From the NCBI GenBank assembly GCA_963775825.1, contig CAVZKY010000035.1, forward strand, positions 2,542 to 66,541: 64,000 nt of DNA, read 5' to 3'. The notes beneath the pieces are model-generated. The model had not been told where the DNA came from. It saw only the letters and a program-made list of their open reading frames with translations, and searched no databases. Of the stretch, positions 58,935 through 64,000 are shown piece by piece. The translations under genes and the position numbers were made by a program. The first letter of the stretch is position 1. Every line of letters starts with the position of its first letter. Source of the stretch: an uncultured Actinomycetes bacterium. GTDB taxonomy: Bacteria; Actinomycetota; Actinomycetes; Streptosporangiales; Streptosporangiaceae.

Positions 58935-60203
58935 GTGAATGCGGGCCTTGTGATTGTCGGTCTGACGCTGCTGCTCCTCGCGGCGGTGTCCCGGCCTTTG
59001 TCGAGCACGCCTGTCACGCCCGCGATGGTGGTCGTCGCGGTCGGCGTTCTGGTCGGCCCGCTCGTGCTTGATGACCTGACGGTGCGGCCCACGAGCGCGA
59101 CGGTGCGGACGTTGGCCGAGGCGACGCTCGCGGTGGTGCTGTTCTCGGATTCCTCGCGGGTGAACCTGCGCGCGCTGCGGCACGAGGCGTCGGTGCCGGT
59201 CCGCTTGCTGGGCGTCGGCCTGCCGCTGACGATCGTGCTGGGAGGGCTGGTCGCGGTGGCCCTGTTCGGCTCGTTCTCGCTCAGCGAGGCGTTTATCCTG
59301 GGCGTGATCCTCGCTCCGACCGACGCCGGGCTTGGCAGCGCGGTCGTCACGGACACCAGGCTCCCGCAAGTGGTGCGGCAGTCGCTGAACGTTGAGAGCG
59401 GCCTCAACGACGGGATCTGCGTCCCGCTGCTGCTGATCTTGCTGGCGACCGTCTCCGGTGCTGGCGGCGAGTCCCACCCGTTGCGGGTGGTCGCCGAACA
59501 GATCGGCTACGGGCTGGTCGGCGGGCTCGCCGCTGGCGCGCTCGCCGCGGCGGTGGTGATCCTGGCCGGAGGACGGCATTTGATCGACGATGCGTGGCGG
59601 CAGGTCATTCCCCTGGCCGCGGCGGTGCTCGCGTACGGGATCGCGGACGCCCTGGGCGGTTCGGGGTTCATCGCCGCGTTCGTGGGCGGCGCGCTGTTCG
59701 GCCTGCTCGCTGGCGGCAAAGCCGCGGGAATGATGGGCTTCACGGAGCAGACCGGGGCGGCGTTCGACGCCGTCACGTTCCTGGTTTTCGGTGCTGTGCT
59801 GCTCGGCCCGGCGTTCGAGCACCTGAGCTGGCAGATCGCGCTGTACGCCGTGCTGAGCCTCACGGTCGTGCGGATGGTGCCGGTGGCGGTCTCGCTGTGG
59901 GGCACGCACGCGCGGGCCCCGACGGTCGCGTTCATCGGCTGGTTCGGCCCACGCGGGCTTGCGTCGATCGTGTTCGCCGTGATCGTGGAGGACGCGCATC
60001 TCCCGCACGCCGGGACGATCGTCGCAGTCAGCTACTTCACCGTCGGGCTGTCGGTCCTCCTGCACGGGCTCTCGGCGGCGCCGCTGGTAAGCCGGTACGC
60101 CACCTGGTACCAAGCCGCCGCAGACAAAAGCCTCACTGCGATGGAGAGCCAGCCAGCGCACGAGCACCGGGCACGGGGATCCGCGGCGGTACCGAGCAGG
60201 TGA
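58935..60203 (+). CDS. Cation:proton antiporter (Na+/H+ exchanger family)
   Basis: FILGVILAPTDAGLG and NVESGLNDGICVPLL are CPA1-type motifs. About 12 TM segments. Confidence 0.8.
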   Translation: MNAGLVIVGLTLLLLAAVSRPLSSTPVTPAMVVVAVGVLVGPLVLDDLTVRPTSATVRTLAEATLAVVLFSDSSRVNLRALRHEASVPVRLLGVGLPLTIVLGGLVAVALFGSFSLSEAFILGVILAPTDAGLGSAVVTDTRLPQVVRQSLNVESGLNDGICVPLLLILLATVSGAGGESHPLRVVAEQIGYGLVGGLAAGALAAAVVILAGGRHLIDDAWRQVIPLAAAVLAYGIADALGGSGFIAAFVGGALFGLLAGGKAAGMMGFTEQTGAAFDAVTFLVFGAVLLGPAFEHLSWQIALYAVLSLTVVRMVPVAVSLWGTHARAPTVAFIGWFGPRGLASIVFAVIVEDAHLPHAGTIVAVSYFTVGLSVLLHGLSAAPLVSRYATWYQAAADKSLTAMESQPAHEHRARGSAAVPSR

Positions 60204-60253
60204 CCGCTGAACACCCTGGGCCGGACCGCATGTCCGGCGCCGAGGGACAGCCT

Positions 60254-60919
60254 TCAGGCGTCGGCGCTAACGTCGGCGCCAGGCTGCAGGCACAGCCATT
60301 CCGTGTAGGACCTGGATTCATCCGGGCCCGGTTCCACGCCACCGGGCAGGGCCTGGGCGAACACGAGCGCGGCGGTGGCCTGGAGTGCGCTGCGGAGCAG
60401 GCTGGCGGAACCGGTCGCCTCGAATCCCAGGGTCCACCAGTCCTGGCCGCGCGTGCGGACCTCGGTGAGTTCCACCGCGCACCCCGGCTCGCCGCCCAGG
60501 CCCGGGGCAGGCGCCGCGATCGGCCCGCTGGCCAGTGCGAACCAGGTGATGCGCCGCCTCTTGCGTACCGGCCGCCAGCCGGCCCGGTCACCGCTGTGCG
60601 GGCGGAGCCGGCTGAACGGAAAGGACCACTTCTGCCAGGCCTCCAGGCGGCCGCGGGCGCGTCCGGCCACCTCGAGGATTCCCGGGCTCCCGCAGTACAC
60701 CTTCACCTCCAGTGCCGCGCCCTCGCGGACCTTCACCGACAGCCCCCGCAACTGCGGGTCCAGCAGGTAGGTATCCTCGCGTGATTCCATCACCGCCGGG
60801 AACCGCGCAAACCATCCGGCCAGCGCGGTTTCCAGCTGGCCCGGGAAAATCCAGCGCACCTCCAGGCTGCGGACTCCTTCGGTGACGGGTCTCTGAGACG
60901 CTTCAGCCGTCATCGTCAT
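60254..60919 (-). CDS. CYTH-like domain protein (hypothetical)
   Basis: The alternating-strand pattern matches the CYTH barrel layout: LEVRWIF...REDTYLLDPQLRGLSVKVRE...LEVKVY...VRKRRRITWF...CAVELTEVRTRGQDWWTLGFEA. The start overlaps the upstream gene. Confidence 0.4.
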   Translation of the reverse strand: MTMTAEASQRPVTEGVRSLEVRWIFPGQLETALAGWFARFPAVMESREDTYLLDPQLRGLSVKVREGAALEVKVYCGSPGILEVAGRARGRLEAWQKWSFPFSRLRPHSGDRAGWRPVRKRRRITWFALASGPIAAPAPGLGGEPGCAVELTEVRTRGQDWWTLGFEATGSASLLRSALQATAALVFAQALPGGVEPGPDESRSYTEWLCLQPGADVSADA

Positions 60920-61292
60920 GTGCTCCTGCCCCGCCCGGCCAGTCCTGGGCACTGCCGCCGCACGCCTGCCTGCGCCAGGCCAGTCGGGTATCGTCTCGTG
61001 CTTGTTTCGCAGCCACATTCACCACGGCGATCAGGCCGATCAGCGTGCCGGTCATCACCCGCAGCAGAACGGAGTCGCGGTCGATAGGGCCCGGGTCGCC
61101 GATGATGAGCAGGAGGACGAGGATCGCGACGAACGCCCAGCGGGCGTCGCCGTTCCTGAGCTGAGCGGGCAGGGCGGCGCGGAGGCCACCGGCCGCAAGC
61201 ACGGCCAGCGCCATCGGCCAGCGCGGCTCGCCGACCCTGGGCGGTCGGGGAGGGCGAGGGCCGGCCGGCGTGTGCAGGCTAGGCATCGTCAC
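60903..61292 (-). CDS. Small hypothetical membrane protein (3 TM)
   Basis: Hydrophobic segments WPMALAVLAAGGL, WAFVAILVLLLII and LIGLIAVVNVA. Its end overlaps the CYTH-like gene start. Confidence 0.5.
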   Translation of the reverse strand: MTMPSLHTPAGPRPPRPPRVGEPRWPMALAVLAAGGLRAALPAQLRNGDARWAFVAILVLLLIIGDPGPIDRDSVLLRVMTGTLIGLIAVVNVAAKQARDDTRLAWRRQACGGSAQDWPGGAGAHDDDG

Positions 61293-61374
61293 CGGGTGAT
61301 CCGGCGAGCGGGCAGCTGTTCTTGCCCGCCAGCCGGGAAGCCGAGCGGCGGGGACATCGCGGTTATCGCCTGTC

Positions 61375-61653
61375 CTAGGCGCCGGCGGGAGGGGCTTCTC
61401 CGGCCTGAGGGCCGGTTCGCCCAGCCGCGATGACGGCGTCGACGTTGCGGAGGAAGTCGATCACCGTGATCGCGAGGAACACCGTACCGATAAGCGCCAG
61501 GATGTCCGCCTCGGGCCGTCCGGTCCTGCGGGCGATCACCCGGGCGACGGGCTGAGCGGCGATCCTGGTCCGGCCGGTCAGTCCCGCCTGGCCCATCGCC
61601 ACGAAGTTCCGTTTCGCCACCTGAAGCGCTCCTTCCTGATATCGCCTGGCCAC
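61375..61653 (-). CDS. Small hypothetical protein (92 aa, one C-terminal hydrophobic helix)
   Basis: Strong GC3 bias. ILALIGTVFLAITVIDFL. No recognised domain. Confidence 0.45.
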   Translation of the reverse strand: MARRYQEGALQVAKRNFVAMGQAGLTGRTRIAAQPVARVIARRTGRPEADILALIGTVFLAITVIDFLRNVDAVIAAGRTGPQAGEAPPAGA

Positions 61654-61727
61654 GGGACTGCCGCGGCAGCGTGGTGGTAGCCCGGGGGCCGCTTGACGGC
61701 CAGGGCGGCGCGACGGCGGTCACGATC

Positions 61728-63191
61728 TCACAGGCCCTGCTCGGCGGTGAGCCGTCCTGAGGCGACGGCGTCGACGAGTTCTTGGTGGTCGCGTTCGTTC
61801 TGGTCGGCGTAGGCGGCTGCGAACTGGGTGAGGGCCGTGTCGAAGACGTCGGAGCCGCCGAGGTAGGCGGCGATCGCGATCCGGTCCCCGGACCGGGCGT
61901 GCGCCCGCGCCAGCGCCCACCCGCACAGCTGCCCGTAGATCCGCAGCCCGCGCGGCAGCAGCGCCTCGATGACGATGGAGTATTTCCAGTCCCGCAGCTG
62001 GCGGACGTAGAAGTCGCGCTGCTGGCCGTCCAGCCCGGCCTCGGCCCGCTGCCAGCCCAGGAAGATGTCGCTGGAGGCCTGCATCAGCCGCTGCCCCGCG
62101 ACCACCCGCTGGCCCATGTTGGTGTACTTGCTGGCCCCCACGAAACGGCTGAGCACCGACGTCTCGGCCTCCTTGACCTGCAGGAACAGCGGGTCGGACT
62201 CGTCGCGGCCGAGCATCAGCACGATCCAGCAGCGGGTCCCGACGCTGCCCACGCCGACGACCTTGCGGGCCATGTCGGCGTACTCGTACTGCTCGAGCAG
62301 GTACCGGCGGTCGGTTGCCAGCGTCCGCCGGTACGTGGCGAGCAGGTCCTTGATCTGGGTTTCGAAGGCCGCCTGGTCGGTATCTTTGGGCAGCAGGTCC
62401 GCGATCGGGACGATCAGCGGCGGGTCGGCGATGATCTGTGGCCGGCCATCGACCAGGTGGGTCAGCTTGGTCAATTCCTGCATGCTGTCCCTGGTCCGCG
62501 CCTTGGCCATGCCCTTGTCCACCATCTTGCGCTGCCGCTTCTCCAGCTGGGAGTTGAACTCCGCCCGCAGCTGGTCCAGGTCCGCGTGCGCGTACCAGAC
62601 ATCCAGGTTGGTCATCTTGGCGAAGCCGCGCATCGCCTGCCGGTAGCTGGCCACGGTGGCGGTGACGATCTGGCCGCGGTCCTTGCCGCCGAACCCGTTG
62701 CCGCGGGCCGCGACCTCCATGCTGGCCGCCAGCCGCTTGACGTCCCATTCCCACGGGCCGGGCGTCGTCTCATCGAAGTCGTTGACGTCGAAGACCAGCA
62801 GCCGCTCCGCGGAGCCGAAGATGCCGAAGTTGGACAGGTGCGCATCCCCGCACGCCTGCACCGCCAGCCCGGACACCGGAGTGCGGGAAAGGTCGCTGGC
62901 CATCGGCAGCGCTGCCCCACGGTAGTAGGTGAACGGGGAGACCATCATCCGGCCCCGCCGGATCGGCACCAGTTCCGGCACCCGCGTCTTGGCCTGCTCT
63001 TCCAGCAGGCCGATCGGGTCGGGCCGGCCCGGCCCCGGGTCGAACACCGCATGACTTTCCCGCGGCACCTCAGCCCGCGCCTCCTTACCCCGCGCCGCGC
63101 GCTCCGCCGGGGTCAGCCGGTCCAGCCCCGACTCCAGCTGGTACCGCGGCGCCTGCCGGGGCGGCGACCCGGCCGTCAGCACGCTCATCAT
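61728..63191 (-). CDS. DUF2252-family protein
   Basis: MVSPFTYYRGAALPMASDL...QACGDAHLSNFGIFGSAERLLVFDVNDFDETTPGPWEWDVKRLAAS is the family signature as I recall it. Start at the MMSVL Met, 63191. Confidence 0.7.
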   Translation of the reverse strand: MMSVLTAGSPPRQAPRYQLESGLDRLTPAERAARGKEARAEVPRESHAVFDPGPGRPDPIGLLEEQAKTRVPELVPIRRGRMMVSPFTYYRGAALPMASDLSRTPVSGLAVQACGDAHLSNFGIFGSAERLLVFDVNDFDETTPGPWEWDVKRLAASMEVAARGNGFGGKDRGQIVTATVASYRQAMRGFAKMTNLDVWYAHADLDQLRAEFNSQLEKRQRKMVDKGMAKARTRDSMQELTKLTHLVDGRPQIIADPPLIVPIADLLPKDTDQAAFETQIKDLLATYRRTLATDRRYLLEQYEYADMARKVVGVGSVGTRCWIVLMLGRDESDPLFLQVKEAETSVLSRFVGASKYTNMGQRVVAGQRLMQASSDIFLGWQRAEAGLDGQQRDFYVRQLRDWKYSIVIEALLPRGLRIYGQLCGWALARAHARSGDRIAIAAYLGGSDVFDTALTQFAAAYADQNERDHQELVDAVASGRLTAEQGL

Positions 63192-63236
63192 CGGCTCCTC
63201 TCCTGCTGCCCGGCGCACCGGCCGGGCACTTGGTCG

Positions 63237-63668
63237 CTAGCATTTGCCTGATGCTGATACGGCACTTTGGAGATCGCTTGCCGAGCTCTTCACTTGCGTG
63301 ACCGAGGACGCGACCGCCGAGGCCGCGGTCAGGGAAGGCTGGCTCTTCGCGGACTTGATCGCGGACTCCAGGCCGGACAGCGAGTTTTGCAGTGCCGTGG
63401 TCTGCGGCGCGAATGCCGACCCCGCGTCGGTGGCGAACATTTTGGCGTCGCTGGTGACGCTGTTCAGCGCGGTTTGCAGGGAGCCCAGGCCGTTCTTGGC
63501 GACATCGACATTGCCGAGGTTGTTCACGGAGGTCTTGAGGCTGGCGGCGTCGGTGCAGTAGGCCGGGGTGCTGCTGCATCCGGCAGCCAGCCCCGACACG
63601 ACCAGGGCCAAGGCCGGGGCCGCAAGCAGCAGCCTGGTGCGCGGGCCCGGCCGGTAGGCAGGTCTCAT
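63237..63668 (-). CDS. Putative lipoprotein
   Basis: Signal peptide plus lipobox: RTRLLLAAPALALVVSGLAAGCSS. The mature part is Ser/Ala-rich and helical. Confidence 0.65.
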   Translation of the reverse strand: MRPAYRPGPRTRLLLAAPALALVVSGLAAGCSSTPAYCTDAASLKTSVNNLGNVDVAKNGLGSLQTALNSVTSDAKMFATDAGSAFAPQTTALQNSLSGLESAIKSAKSQPSLTAASAVASSVTQVKSSASDLQSAVSASGKC

Positions 63669-63796
63669 GTCTCCTCCGAGGGTGCCGGTGTTTCGGCCGG
63701 CAGGTAAAACAGCCATGCCCGGCCGGGGACCGGCGGGCCGGCTGACTTCGGTGGCGGCTGCGGTGCGCGGCGTCGGCCAGCACAGGCGGCCGGAAG

Positions 63797-64000
63797 TTAC
63801 ATCTCGTTGACCGCTTGCTGCAGAGTCTTGTCGATGTCCTTGGGATCCACGTTCAGCTCCTGGGCTGTCTGCTTCTCCGCCCTGGTCACCGCGTTCTTGA
63901 TCGCGTCCTCGACCTTGCTCTCGCCGACAATGACGAGCCCGGCCTGGCCCGGGTCGATGAAGTCCCCCAGCTGCTTGGCCTGCGCGCGCGACATTCCTCC
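63797..64000 (-). CDS. Hypothetical protein, 5' end probably outside window
   Basis: The frame is open to the window edge. The ATG at 63994 lies only 1 nt after GGAGG, so it is probably an internal Met. The sequence is QAKQLGDFIDPGQAGLVIVGESKVEDAIKNAV... Confidence 0.4.
   Translation of the reverse strand, partial: GGMSRAQAKQLGDFIDPGQAGLVIVGESKVEDAIKNAVTRAEKQTAQELNVDPKDIDKTLQQAVNEM

Noticed and set aside
63992-64000. GGAGGA-ATG at the window edge as the true start of the last minus-strand gene
   Set aside because: There is only 1 nt between the SD-like GGAGG and the ATG, and the frame is still open at the window boundary. I treat the gene as 5'-truncated rather than complete.

Overview
GC-rich (about 70%) actinobacterial chromosome segment centred on the replication origin. 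All functions below come from motif and synteny recognition only; no database search was possible.

Conserved oriC-proximal backbone, in window order:
- dnaB (carrying an intein), rplI, rpsR, ssb, rpsF
- nfo
- GT87 membrane glycosyltransferase, class A PBP, DUF5318 protein
- padR, ino1
- MFS transporter, cca
- Rv3909-like secreted protein, murJ, a separate pseudokinase, sigM-like ECF sigma factor, anti-sigma factor, trxB, trxA
- GNAT acetyltransferase
- parB, parA, rsmG, jag, yidC, yidD, rnpA, rpmH
- DnaA-box regions on both sides of dnaA
- dnaN, recF, dciA (DUF721), gyrB, gyrA, DUF3566 protein, tRNA-Ile, tRNA-Ala

Accessory or unusual content laid over this backbone:
- An IS256-family element with intact inverted repeats and a 9-bp target duplication.
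- A LAGLIDADG intein in dnaB.
- An aminotransferase, ddl and aldolase cassette between the trx genes and parB.
- An extra GGCT-like gene splitting parA from parB.
- A tandem array of hairpin modules abutting a parS site.
- A 2.8-kb insertion (including an IS256 remnant) between the two tRNAs.
- An AbiE-like HTH plus nucleotidyltransferase pair directly after tRNA-Ala.
- A small stress and unknown-function gene set at the 3' end.

Caveat for every call: the sequence as given has about 17 reading-frame breaks. Some hit essential single-copy genes (gyrB, ino1). They are concentrated in the IS transposase (5) and the PBP gene (6). I interpret this as a mix of assembly indels and possibly real gene decay.
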